Source: Podarcis erhardii | Taxonomy: Eukaryota | Strand: one strand, 5' to 3' | Assembly: GCA_964252035.1 (NCBI GenBank) | Contig: OZ176204.1 | Length of the DNA: 64,000 nucleotides | Shown: positions 1 through 12,207 of the stretch, one piece after another | Layout of the letters: each line of letters opens with the position of its first letter | Position numbering within the stretch: position 1 is the stretch's first letter | Program-made: the position numbers and the translations under genes | The notes under the pieces: model-generated | What the model was told of the DNA's origin: nothing | The model's database searches: none | Seen by the model: only the letters and a program-made list of their open reading frames with translations

Positions 1-379
1 AAGGAGGAGAATGTCAGAAAGGGAGCCAGGAGTCAAGAAGGAAATGGAGGAGGGGGACAATGGCCTCCTTTACTGGAGTAAGGCCGTAAGTGCCCATACC
101 ATACACATTCTTACTTTACTCATTTTTATTCCCCTGCTGAACCATCTTTTGGTGTCCACCACCTGTGTGACAGAAGCTGCAGTCCGTGTGGAGACCTCAG
201 CGTCTCAAGAGACGAGACTTCCCCCTCTCAAGCGGAGCATTTTGAGCGAAATTACCATGCTGGGCCCAAGGTGTAATTGAGAAACAATCAAGGAGCGGAG
301 AAAGAGTTTCCAGAGTTAAAGACTGCAAGTGTGCGAGGTAGAGGAGCCACTGACATATTGCACCCCACAGGGAGCAATT

Positions 380-960
380 ACTGCTGTCTAGGCCTCGGCC
401 GTTTCTCACAGAGGGCCTCCATTTCCCCTTCCATTACAGGGCAGCGGGTGATGTGGGTGGGAGGGGAGGTTGGATATAAAACCTGCCACCCCCACCGCAC
501 CCCGCCAAAAAGAGAGGCCAGGCCCCGGGATCCACGTGGCTGGGGAGCTGGGGTCACTCCCCGTCGGAAGTGGCATCCGTTCAGCTCCCCAGCAAACCCC
601 CAGCGAAAGGCAATCAGGCTCACCGCCGCCCGGCTAATTCCGAGGGTATAAAAGCAGTAATGAAATTCACGGCAGGATTAGCCTCTCCATCCAATGGGCC
701 GGCGCAGCGGTGACATCGCTTGCTTCTCGCCCGAATGTAACACACCAATCTAATTTACGTCGTGTAGCGAGCGGGAATGAAATGTTCATAAAGAATGGCT
801 GCATCTTGTCACCTTAACTGCGGCCCCGGGCTCTGAGGCATCTGTCAGGCAGAGGAGAGCCGAGGAAAGCGGGGCCGGCTTTGCTGAGCAGGGGTCTGCA
901 GAGGGGAGGCGGGCGGAGGGAAAAGCCAGGTTTTATAGATACTACTTGGGGCTGGTGGGG
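380..960. promoter_or_regulatory. Orphan CpG-rich element, candidate developmental enhancer
   Basis: CpG-retaining, no recognisable repeat, clustered homeodomain and MEIS motifs. Conservation not checked. Confidence 0.45.
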
Positions 961-3900
961 TGAGGGGAAGCGGATGTGAGAGTTCATCACAGGGGATGGA
1001 AGGTGCCCGTGCACACATAGATATGTGCAAAAGGGTGTCTTTGCTAGCACATATGATTGGGGGCAGTTCACACAACCATGAACAGCATGGACAGATGCTT
1101 TCTCCATCCTGCACAGTTCCTGACCAGGTCAACGTTGTTCGTTTCATTTCGTTTTGTTTCACTATTTTGACAAACCACACTTTCTTCTAAAGTCTAGCAA
1201 GGCGACGTGCAACTTAAGAACATGATCTTACCACAATTACAATATATAAAAAAGCTACCTATCAATGAAAGGTGGCTGGTAACAGGGTAGAGAGAACAGG
1301 TCGTATGAATGATAGATTTGGACGCCGCAATAAAATTCAGAATGTCTAGGTTTGTGTTGGCCTGGGAAAACAGCAACAGTGCTTTGCATTTGTGTCAAGT
1401 GATTCAGAGAACCTCTTTGCTGTGAGAATGGTGCAAGCAAACAATCAAAAACACCTACCCACCAGCCAGGTATAGGGTTGTCTAGCGACTTGGTGGCAGG
1501 TTTGTATCACTGAGATATGTCGCAAAAGCTCATGTGGTGTGCGGAAAGTATAAATACTTGGGTGTGGGTGTGGGTGTAGGTGTGTGTATGTGTAACACTT
1601 AACAGCAAATCCAGAAAGAAGCAAATGAAGTTTAAAGGCAGCAAGCAATTTGCTGCTTCTTTTGGGATGTTGAGGAAAGTATGTTCCCCTGGTTCTTGTT
1701 CTTTTCTGAATACACAGTAAGAGAGGGGAAGGACCAGAGAAATATACTTTCCCCTTGCACCCCAAATATAAAGATAGAACTTGAAACGCTCCACTCAAAC
1801 AAAAAAGCAGATTTTGTTATGACGAAACGGTCATAACTACACCCACCTTGCTTTCTCGCATTTGTGAGGACATGGTAAATTTTAGCCCACAATACAGCTA
1901 TAACCTATCCGTTATATATAACCTGTGCAACTACTAATGGAGAGGTGTTGTGAAAGTGACCAAGGATGCTTCTATGCAGCAGTTCATTGTGGACTTAGTG
2001 CTGCTCACAAACAAGCATTTTGTGCAGCATCCCCGTGACACTGTCATCTTCAAAATGCCACCCCATATTCCCCCTCCCCTCATTTATTCCAGATTTGCCT
2101 TTTTCACCAACCCGCAGATAAGGTTGCTTTTTTTCTTTTCTTTTTTACAAAACAACACTGGCAACATACATTTGGATTAAATGGAAGGAAATGTGAGGTG
2201 GCATTTTGAAGAGAATGAAGTAATGGGAAGCTTCCACAATAAGCTGCTGGGTGGAAACACTCAAAGAAGTATACAGTTGCCTGCCTCCATCTTCTGAGGA
2301 AGTGTTGGGAATTTCCTCAAATGAATGGAGATTAATGGCCCATCCCAATCAGTGTGGGGAGATAGTGTGCCCTGCCCCACAAGAAAGGAGAATCCTGCAG
2401 CAAGCATCTATTCCAGCAGGGTAGGAACAGGCACTGATGGAGTGGGGCATGTTAGTTATGAAACCTCAAAACAGGCTCTAGCCTTGCATTGACATCTGTG
2501 GAGGGAGCTGCACTTGAATATCTTCTCATTCTCATGACATATCCTTGCAGCGAGTTTGCTTCCATGGCTGTGTATTGGGACATGATGTGATGGCAGGAGA
2601 AACATTTGCATGCATTCTGAAGTGTGTGTCGTTCTCTGGCTGCGCACTTGCATCATGGCACGGGGATGCGTGTGCCTTTGCAGTACCCTTCTGCCCTCTG
2701 GCTCACTCCTGCAGCCTTCTGCACATTTCCTTGCCGTTAATTTCCCGGGATCCAAATGGCTTGCAGCCTGCTGTGGGATGGGAGTTTCTCTTCCCTGACT
2801 CTTCAGTCAGAAAGTTTGCAGCAGTAAAATAGCCCTTCCCGTTGCGTTCAGAGTAATAGCATTTTGGTGTCCGGAGGCGAGTTGGCAAGACAACAATAAA
2901 CTTTATTAAGAGCAGGAGATTAAATTCTGCGGCGCTTAATTGAAATAGCATGAGTGAGCTGAGAGGGGGTGAAAGAGGGTCCTGCTAAGTTCCTCTAAAA
3001 ACCCCTTACCCACCGCCCCATCTCCTCCATGGGAGGTCAAGTTGCAAAGAGCAAGACTCCAAGGAGGAGATCAAGGCATTGTAGGTTTGGGCCTTATTGC
3101 CTGGATTATTAAAGCCAACGCAGGAAAATGTACACAAAAGGAAGAAATACCCCTCAGATATCTCACATGGGCAGCCGTGTCACAATCCCAGTGGCTTCAG
3201 GACCCATGACTGCATATTTAAAGTGTAATAAACATTTGATTAATGAGAGGAAACCCCTTTCAGTTTAACATGTTGTCTTAAGGACTTCCCATGTTCACGC
3301 AAGCTCCAAAATGTTGGGAAATTACAGCTATTAAAAGGCCACAACCATTCCACTTTACAAGTGCCCAACTGGCAGCGAATATCGCCCCAAATTCAGCCTG
3401 AACCAATGTACCTCTCCTATACCGCCAAGTTTCAAATCAGTCTGTTGAACGTTTTTATAAACTGTAGAACTTACTGCCCACCCCCCAATTTCTTGCTATT
3501 ATGGCAGGATGCAAATCAGCCAAATTTCGCTATTACAACTGTGGCCCTATAATTTTAATCATAGTGAAGGCCTTTACAATTTTTTTCTCCATTCATCCTG
3601 GAAGAGTAGTGTCACCCGTAAGGTCCTTTCCATATAAACATGGACAGCATGCTACAAGGGCATTCTAGCCGCCGCATGTAGGGTGATGATACTAGATACA
3701 GTGGTGAGGGCAGAAATCCTGTACATTTAACTTTTGCGTAGCAGAGGGAATTTTAGCAGGTTCCGTTTTTCTCACCTCTGCGCAACAAGGGGCACCTGTC
3801 AAAAATCCCTCTTTTGCACAAGTATTATATTAGATGTCTCTCATATATCTGAATATGCCCCAAAGTCCTTTAAAGCAATGAAATCATAATATCCCTCTTA

Positions 3901-6190
3901 TATTTAAGAGATTTTATACAATCTGAATAGATGCAGTGCTGTAGCCAAAGGGAGGCTGAGGCAGACACACTTCTCTAGAATATTTGTTCCATGCACCTTC
4001 TTTTAATTTTCAGCTTTTATTAAAAAAACAAAAAATAAGTTTCTAGCCTTTCTACTTTACAAAACTATAAGAGGAAATGTTCAGGCACAACACAATTCCA
4101 GCCAATAGCTCAATAAGGATTAAATCTGGTTGCGGTTCCTGTTTGGTTTTTGACCAGTGAATGAGAAAGTCATTGCCATATTTGATGAGCATTTGGCAAT
4201 TATTGATTGGTTACATGAAAAGTATTTAATTAACTTCAAACATGTCAGGCTACTTGTGTTTAGGGGCCTCTTCTGTCACATTGATTTCACAATCCCTTCT
4301 CAGTCTATGTAAGTCACTCTCTCCCTGACAAGGGACAGGCTAGAGCTGTGTTTCCCAGTGAAAGTTGTACAGGGAAGAAGTGGACAGCCTCCAAAGAATT
4401 AGAGCAAAATCAAGCTAAAGGTTCACGCAGGACAGATAGCCAATTGCATTTTTAAAAACAGGTGAATAGCTACATGGCTAGTACAATCTATACACGCTTA
4501 TAGCACAAGCCTAATTGTGTCTACTCATTGAATTCAGTGGCGTTTACTCCCAGGTGCATGGGGTTAGGCTTGCAGCCTTGCTGAGAACCAGAGTTCAATG
4601 AAGCTTACTCTCAAGTAAATCTGTGTAGGATGAGAGCCTTAATTATTTTCCCTGCATATGAATAGTACACTGGAGAAGTACACTCCTCTGTAACAAAATG
4701 ATTTTTAATCCCAAAAATGGCAGTAGGCATGTAGGGTTACAAGAGTTCAAATCACTCATCCATTAGGGGAGATATTTGAATGGCGCATGTCAAATGGGAA
4801 ACAAGTGAGCATCTATTGTTCACCATGTTGTACAGAAAGGCCCTAAACACCAATATTCCCATTTTTCAGATTAGAAACTGAGACAAGCTGGACCGAAAGA
4901 GAGGTGCTAACTGCAAAAGGCCATGCGCTGACAGCCATTTATGTTTGTACTTTTATTATTTTCTGTTCTGTTAACTTTTTAAAATAAACACTACAGTCTG
5001 CTCTGGGCCTTCAAGATAGGACAGGATATATTTAAAAATCTAATAAAAGATAACAGATCAATTGGTCCCAGAATCAATCATACCCCATCTGAAGAGGGCA
5101 ATACCCGCCACAGCTCTTTAGGTACCTGAATTTGCTTGTTTTCTCTTCTCTTGCTTTCCATTTATCTTTGTGTATCATGCCTACTAGACTATAAGATATC
5201 TTTTTTGTATTGCCAACTGATCTGAGTGCATTGAAGGAAAGGTGGTTTTAAAATGTAGTGAATAAATAAAGTAAACAATAATTGAAACTGCCTGCCACAT
5301 ATATATTTTTTGTCGCCACTTTTTTTCTTTCCCTTTCTTCTCCTATCAGTATCTGACCTGGATTACAAGTCCCTTAGGAACAGGAAAGTGTATCTTTTAT
5401 ATAACGTCATGTTACCAGCTCTTGGTCTTTGGAACAGGATGGAAATCCTTTAAAAAAAATGTTTTTGATTGAAAAATAAATGCAGGCCACCCAATGAGTT
5501 CGTAACTGAATAAGCCTCAGGTTTCTCGGACTCAAAGGGAAGCTATTTTCACTGGATCACTGTGGCTTCTTTTATATTTCGAGGTTTCATTCTCCGCCTC
5601 CATTGTTCATCATAGCACATTTCTGACCTAGTAAATTATCATCTATCTCCTGTTTCCGCAGTCTGGCACATCTTCTTCTCATTGCTTTTTGATGACACAT
5701 CTTGTACAGCCCCTAATGAATTGAGGAGGCATTTTTTTCCTCCCTGATTTCATTCCTACGCAATGGCAGCTTTGCGACTGAAAAATTACTTAGATGCTAT
5801 GAGCTTGGATGTAACATTTTGAATTAACTGATGATGCCTTCCACTAACAGTGAAAGACATTTTGAACCCTGGCTTTCTTTTATCGCTTCATGGTGGTAGA
5901 AGAATGGGCCCTTTCAGGCTTTTAAAATGGATTTCTGTTACATTTTGCTTTTTAATGCTTTCATGGACACAGGTAACAAAACCTGGATTCCAAATTTGGC
6001 AAGAGTATTAAATCCACACCAGGAAAGTTATCTGTTGCAACCTTTTGTGTCAGCAACCAAAGGGTTTATTCCTAGTGTAAACAGATAATTTGAGCAGCAT
6101 CCTGCTTCGTCACCCTACAGTATGAGCACACGCACTCAATTAGTTTTAGGTAATCCCTTCATCCTGAATTAGCAACTGCGAAGGCCGATA

Positions 6191-6432
6191 CAGTGGTACC
6201 TCGGGTTAAGTACTTAATTTGTTCCAGAGGTCCGTTCTTAACCTGAAACTGTTCTTAACCTGAAGCACCACTTTAGCTAATGGGGCCTCATGCTGCCACC
6301 GTGCCGCCGGAGCCCGATTTCTGTTCTTATCCTGAAGCAAAGTTCTTAACCTGAAGCACTATTTCAGGGATAGTAGAGTGTGTAACCTGAAGCGTATGTA
6401 ACCTGAAGTGTATGTAACCCGAGGTACCACTG
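6191..6432. mobile_element. Tc1/mariner (Tigger-like) MITE
   Basis: TIR CAGTGGTACCTCGG...CCGAGGTACCACTG, TA duplication, internal TAACCTGAAG repeats. Confidence 0.9.
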
Positions 6433-6543
6433 TATATGCATCAGGTCTGTAATCTTAAACACACTTGCAGCCTGTTCCCAAACATGCTTAGTGAGTGTAA
6501 TAGAACTTATTTCCTAGTAAGTGGGATTAGGACCATTTATATA

Positions 6544-6783
6544 CAGTGGTACTTCGGTTATTGAATGCTTCGGAAGCAGAATGTTTCGGTTTTCAAATGC
6601 CGAAAATCAGGAAGTGAAAGTTTTTGCTTTCAAACACGCCTCAGAAGTTGAACAGCTTCCAAGGCGCGTTTCTCCATTTTCTCAATGGAACTTGCCAACC
6701 GCCCATTGCGCCTCAGTTGTTGAACATTTCAGAAGTCAAACGGTTTTCAGAATGAATTACGTTTGACAACTGAGGTACCACTG
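6544..6783. mobile_element. Tc1/mariner MITE, second subfamily
   Basis: Same TIR type and TA duplication, different interior. Confidence 0.85.
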
Positions 6784-7020
6784 TACAGAGGCGGAGCTAG
6801 CTGTTCCGGCCAGCGTCAATGTCGCCACCCCCTCAGGGATGGTGCCCGGAATGGGCCGCACCCACCTTTCTCCGCTATTGCCACTGTACTTGGAGGTGCT
6901 TCCACCAAAATCAATGAATAGGCCTTCAGGATCGGGGTGTGAGCACCACTTCCCATGTGACCTTGTAAAAACTCGGGTCACATCCACACCATACATTTAA
7001 AGCACTCTTATATTGCTTAC

Positions 7021-7374
7021 GGGATGTGGGTGGCGCTGTGGTCTAAACCACAGAGCTTAGGGCTTGCTAATCAGAAGGTCGGCGGTTCGAATCCCTGTGA
7101 CGGGGTGAGCTCCCGTTGCTCGGTCCCTGTTCCTGTCAACCTAGCAGTTCAAAAACACGTCAAAGTGCAAGTAGATAAATAGGTACCGCTCTGGTGGGAA
7201 GGTAAATGGCGTTTCCGTGCGCTGCTCTGGTTCGCCAGAATCAACTTAGTCATGCTGGCCACATGACCCGGAAGCTGTACGCCGGCTCCCTCGGCCAATA
7301 AAGCGAGATGAGCGCCGCAACCCCAGAGTTGGTCACGACTGGACCTAATGGTCAGGGGTCCCTTTACCTTTACC
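7021..7374 (+). mobile_element. Sauria SINE, full length
   Basis: tRNA-like head (GGTGGCGCTGTGG, GGTTCGAATCCC), (CCTTTA)n tail, 12-bp TSD TATATTGCTTAC/TATGTTGCTTAC (7009-7020, 7375-7386). Confidence 0.92.
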
Positions 7375-8759
7375 TATGTTGCTTACAGTCTTGGCTAACC
7401 CCAAAGAATCCTGGGAACTGTAATTTCTCCTAAAAACTCTCAGCACCCTTAGGAAACTATAATTCCCAGGACTCTTTGGGGGAAGCCATGACTAACTAAA
7501 GTGGCACCCTAGATAGCCTCAGTGGGGCATGCAACCTATGATGATATGAGAGAATACTACTAATTATGGCAAAAGATAACTTGACCGCTACTTCTGGAAT
7601 CTTAACACACATCTCTTGGTGATATAGCTGTGTAATATTTTTCATTTCATTTGTATTTTAGCCACAGATGTGATTCATAGAGGAGGCATTTGCATCTCTA
7701 CAAAAATTAATGTGAGATCCTGTCAAGCGAAGTGTGAGGAATATAGTGTATTTACTAGAAAGCAAATCCCAACGAACTAAATGTGATTTGTTTCCAAATA
7801 AATATGCATAGAATTGGGCTCTCACTGTCCTTATGCTGCCACAATATGGTTAGTCTCTCACCTTGTTCCAGCACTGGTATACAGCTCTGATGTTGCATCT
7901 GTTCAAAGGACACAAATAGTGCAGTTTTGCTTTCTTCTACAGCTCAGAAGTGGGTGGTGTTTAAGTGCGGAAAGGCTGTGGGAGTGGTGACATCCACAAG
8001 GCCCAGACCAGGACTTCTCCTTGCAGCAGTGCAATACACAGAACATGAACATTAAAACACAGTACTGTTGTCAAAGAGCCCACACATTCCATGGCTACAT
8101 GCCAAAATGCCAGCAGTCATGCTCTGAAAAAATACCAGAGATGTGTTAGACTCCCACCCAAACATGAGAGATTTCCGTTCCCAGGAAAACATTAGGGAAG
8201 CACAAAAGGCTTGTGGCAAATGCATGAATCACAACTCCCACAGTGGTGCAGGGAATCCAGGCATAGAGTGAATTATAGGATGGCTCCTATATATAACAGG
8301 CAGAGAATAAGGCACAGACAAGTTGCAGCAAGGGACCAAGAGACCCACTTAGATCACCACCTTTCTTTCTGACATGGTTTGCGAGTCTTTCACAGGGATG
8401 GGGAACCACGCGGCCACACTACAAAACCCAGATTTGAAGCTTGATTGGATAATGAAAACTAGCAGGAACATCAGAATAAGTCCTGCTGTAATATGTATGT
8501 TTGCAACTCTGATTCTGTTTTTACTCCAAAAGCTCCACTGCATGCAATATTCCAAAAATATTGGATTCATGATGATAGCAATCACAGAGCAGTTTCCACA
8601 GTAAAACAATAAAATACAGCACCCAATTAAGCAAATGCTATTAAAACATACACGTTATAAAAATAAAGTGGCGGTTAAAAGATTCCTAGCCACCATAGAA
8701 TAGCACATATGATACGGACTATTCAGAAAACGGGTATCACAGGTTCTTAAGCACCAGGT

Positions 8760-9840
8760 TACACAGGTGCATCTGAAGATGGTAAAGAAATTGATCTATT
8801 GTTAACAGGACACATTTCCAATGGTAGGAGATTCCATAAACAGGGCACCACTACAGAAAAAGCCTTTTCCCTGGTCACTATGTATTGTGCATTCTCCAGT
8901 GATGGGACTAGAAGGGCAATAGCTAGGCTAACATATACTGGGAGATGCATTCCTGCAAGCATTTGGGCCCCAAATTGTTTAGGGTCTTATACATAGGCAT
9001 TAAAAATCTTACCTCGGGTTCAGAAGCAAACAGGCAGACATGGCAGATCACAAAGAATAGATGAAATACGATTCTGACTTAGTATGCAACTCAGTAACAG
9101 AGCAGCAGCATTCTGCACCAACTGCAACTTCTGGATCATCTTCAAGGATTGTTCCGTTCCACTACAGAACTCTAAACATGAGATTACCAGGGCGTGGATC
9201 ACAGTGGCAAGTCGATCACAGTTGGAAGGTTGTCCTGGTCCAGGAACAGCAATAGCTGGCAAACTAGCTTGGGCTGGGAATAGGCACCCTGAGCCACTGT
9301 GGCCACTTGGGCCTCTGATGGCCATCCTGGATCCAGAAGTATCCTCAAGCTATACGCCTGTTCCTTCAAGGGGAGTGCAATTCCCATCCAGAACAGTGTC
9401 TCTGTCTTTTCAGCACTCAACCTCAGTTTATTAGCCATCATCCAGCCCATTGCTGCTTCTAGGCACCAGTCCAGCACCTGTGCAGCCACACCTAATATAC
9501 AAGGAATGAGGAGACAGAGCTGGAACCATTGGAATACTAATGACACTTCACTCCATATCCCTAGATGACCTATCCCAATAGCTTCACATTGAGGTTAAAA
9601 ACTATGTGGAACAGAATGGAACCTTGAGGAACCGCAGAGCACAAATACCATGGGGCTAAGCAGAAGCTCCCATATGGTATTCTTTGTGCAGAAGGCATGG
9701 GGTTCTCTGTCTGTAGATCTGCTCTCTGTGAATATCAGTGTCCTGTGGGCTGCAGTCTACATCTCCACGTCCCCATATTTTGAGCTTGACAATGTAATAC
9801 CGTATGGCATTACAACCTCCATCGGAGACTAAAAGAGAGA
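8760..9840 (-). mobile_element. L2 LINE 3' fragment
   Basis: Remnants WMMANKLRLSAEKTE, IQKLQLVQNAAALLL, AFSVVVPCLWNLLP with frameshifts. Confidence 0.85.
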
Positions 9841-10632
9841 TGTAGTTAGCTAGCATTTGCTGAGCAAACCCAGAATGGTAGTTAATATGCAAGCCAAGAG
9901 TATTTACAGGAGATCTCAGCGTCTGTAACTTAAAGCATTAGCGAAACAAATTGGAATTGCCTTCTGGAGGCCGTTGTTATAAATTACGGGCCCAACATCT
10001 GCCCACATCTGCAGTGTCTAGACAGTTTGTATCAAATATAAGAGCGTGGAAAGGGTCGTGAGTGTATCGGGGAGAGGGACTAAAAGGGAGGAAGGATCAC
10101 ACATGCAAGAAGACAGCTTGACTCTGAATGGATTTAACATTCAGTTTCCATCCAAAATTAAGACCCATCTCTGTTCTTGCTTGGTGAGTGGAAGTTCCTG
10201 CCCACGCTGGGCAGGTTTGTAGGCTGCTTAAGAGGGGTTTCAGAACATGAAAAGTTATTTAAACAATTGATCAATATAGGCCCCAGTGCTATGCCAATCC
10301 ATTTTAAACCCCCAAGCACATCCACATTGTCACTACAATGCTCCCAGAATAGCCTCTACTTTAAAACACTCTTCCCAACACAAGCTGCCTCTTCCCATCA
10401 TCATAATATAGGCTGGCATAGATATATATTAAACCACTTTATCTTCATCACAACCCTGTGAGGTAGGTTAGGCTAAGAGAGAGTGACTGGCCCAAGGTCA
10501 CAAATGAGTGGGGATTTTAACCCAGGGCTTTTCAGGTAAGGTTAAATGCTCTAATCAACACAGCATACTAAGTTCTTAGTATATTCTTCTCTGCTGCTAC
10601 CATCTCTTCTTCCACACCTTCTCCCACCTGAA

Positions 10633-10823
10633 GGGAAAGGGCTATAGCTCAGTGGCAGAGCACCCGTTTACCACGTAGAAGGTCCCAGGTTCAATCCTTG
10701 GCATCTCCAGATAGGGTAGGAGAGAACCTGGCCCAAAACCCTGGAGAGTGACTGCCAGTCAGTGTAGACAGTACTGATTTAGATGGACCAGAGGTCTGGT
10801 TCAGTTTAAGGCAGTTTCCTATG
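10633..10823 (+). mobile_element. tRNA-derived squamate SINE (Squam3-like)
   Basis: A box TAGCTCAGTGG, B box GGTTCAATCC, body ctgccagtcagtgtagac...agatggacca. Confidence 0.8.
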
Positions 10824-11250
10824 AACAACTAGGCCTGCTTACCTGGCGTGCATAATTCCTGCAGTGCGTAAATTGTAAATATAGCTCCATGTGGTTGCGG
10901 CTCCTCTTGCTCTGGCTAGAAAGGGGGGCAGCCAGCTCTGCATTCCTCCACAGCTGAGCATCTTCTGGAGCACATTACCAAAAGAAGTGACCGGCTCTGT
11001 CCCTAATTTGTTAGCAACGTGGCAGCTTCTGAGGAGGTCAGGCAGACATTATTTATTTATTTAGGAAGCAAGTTTTTTTTTTTAAAAAAAGCTGCCCTTC
11101 ATCATGTGATCTTTCCTTCCTCCTGGCCCCTGTGCCTCGTGCAGATCAGAGAGGCCAGGCCCTGTCAGTGAGAGCGACTATATTTTTTTTAACAGTTCCT
11201 AGCGCAAACCTTCTCATTTATATGTAAAGTAGCCATTAGTCATAGCTCCG

Positions 11251-11422
11251 NNNNNNNNNNNNNNNNNNNNNNNNNNNNNNNNNNNNNNNNNNNNNNNNNN
11301 NNNNNNNNNNNNNNNNNNNNNNNNNNNNNNNNNNNNNNNNNNNNNNNNNNNNNNNNNNNNNNNNNNNNNNNNNNNNNNNNNNNNNNNNNNNNNNNNNNNN
11401 NNNNNNNNNNNNNNNNNNNNNN
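11251..11422. other. Assembly gap (172 N)
   Basis: N run. Confidence 0.99.
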
Positions 11423-11989
11423 ATTCATGAGGCTTTAAAAAGCCTCTTCTGGCTCTAAGGGACTTGTTGGGGTTGTTTTTTGAGTTGTTGGACTGAGCTG
11501 GCTTCTTTCTTCTTCTTCCTGTGTTCCATTTTAAAAGAAAGCAAAGCATTTCCCTCTTTTCTGCCATTTCCATGTTGTTTCATCCACTCCCATTTGGTCG
11601 TCTAAATATTAAATACCCTACACTCTTTTATAATATCCTACCCAAACAATACTCCATGTGGGTTGGGCCAGACTTCCTCATCATGTGACAGCTAGGGCTG
11701 CAGCCAGTTTTGCACACCTGCTGCCCTCATTGGAAATCCCAAATATTTCCACATAAGGCTGCCCATTATCATTCATGCACAATGCAAACAAGAAAAGCAG
11801 CCACTCAAGTTCAAGGTGCTTGTTCTGGCATGCAGAGCTCTATCTGGCTTCAGATAGGGGTTACCAGCATGGCACCCAGGGGTGGGTGCCCATGCACCTA
11901 TAGAGGCCTTCTCTAGCACCAACAGGGTCCCCTCTCCATGGCTTAAATTAAACATTCCTTTACAGCCAATAGAATAGGTTGCAAGGTAG

Positions 11990-11991
<2 letters not shown>

Positions 11992-12028
<37 letters not shown>
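11992..12028. repeat. (GT)n microsatellite
   Basis: Direct read. Confidence 0.98.
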
Positions 12029-12029
<1 letters not shown>

Positions 12030-12102
12030 CACCCACAATACATTCTCTGGTTTGCAGATGTGCATATGGTCTTTGATGTAGGGTAGGTATTTCTACCCTG
12101 GG

Positions 12103-12207
12103 TTTTGACCAAACTGCGGGAGGCAGTGGAAGATAGGAGTGCCTGGCATGCTCTGGTCCATGGGGTCACGAAGAGTCGGACACGACTAAACAACTAAACA
12201 ACAACAA
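12103..12207 (+). mobile_element. RTE-BovB LINE extreme 3' end
   Basis: ctggtccatggggtcacgaagagtcggacacgactaaacaactaaacaacaacaa. Confidence 0.85.

Noticed and set aside
647-695. TATAAAA plus CCAAT as a gene promoter
   Set aside because: CCAAT lies downstream of the TATA-like motif and no exon or ORF follows; it is better read as homeodomain sites.
6191-6432. Regularly repeated TAACCTGAAG units resembling a spacer array
   Set aside because: Internal sub-terminal repeats of a TcMar MITE; eukaryotic context, not CRISPR.
10633-10710. tRNA-like sequence with A and B boxes
   Set aside because: It continues into a SINE body with a second copy at 28568, and the acceptor and anticodon stems do not close; it is not a tRNA gene.
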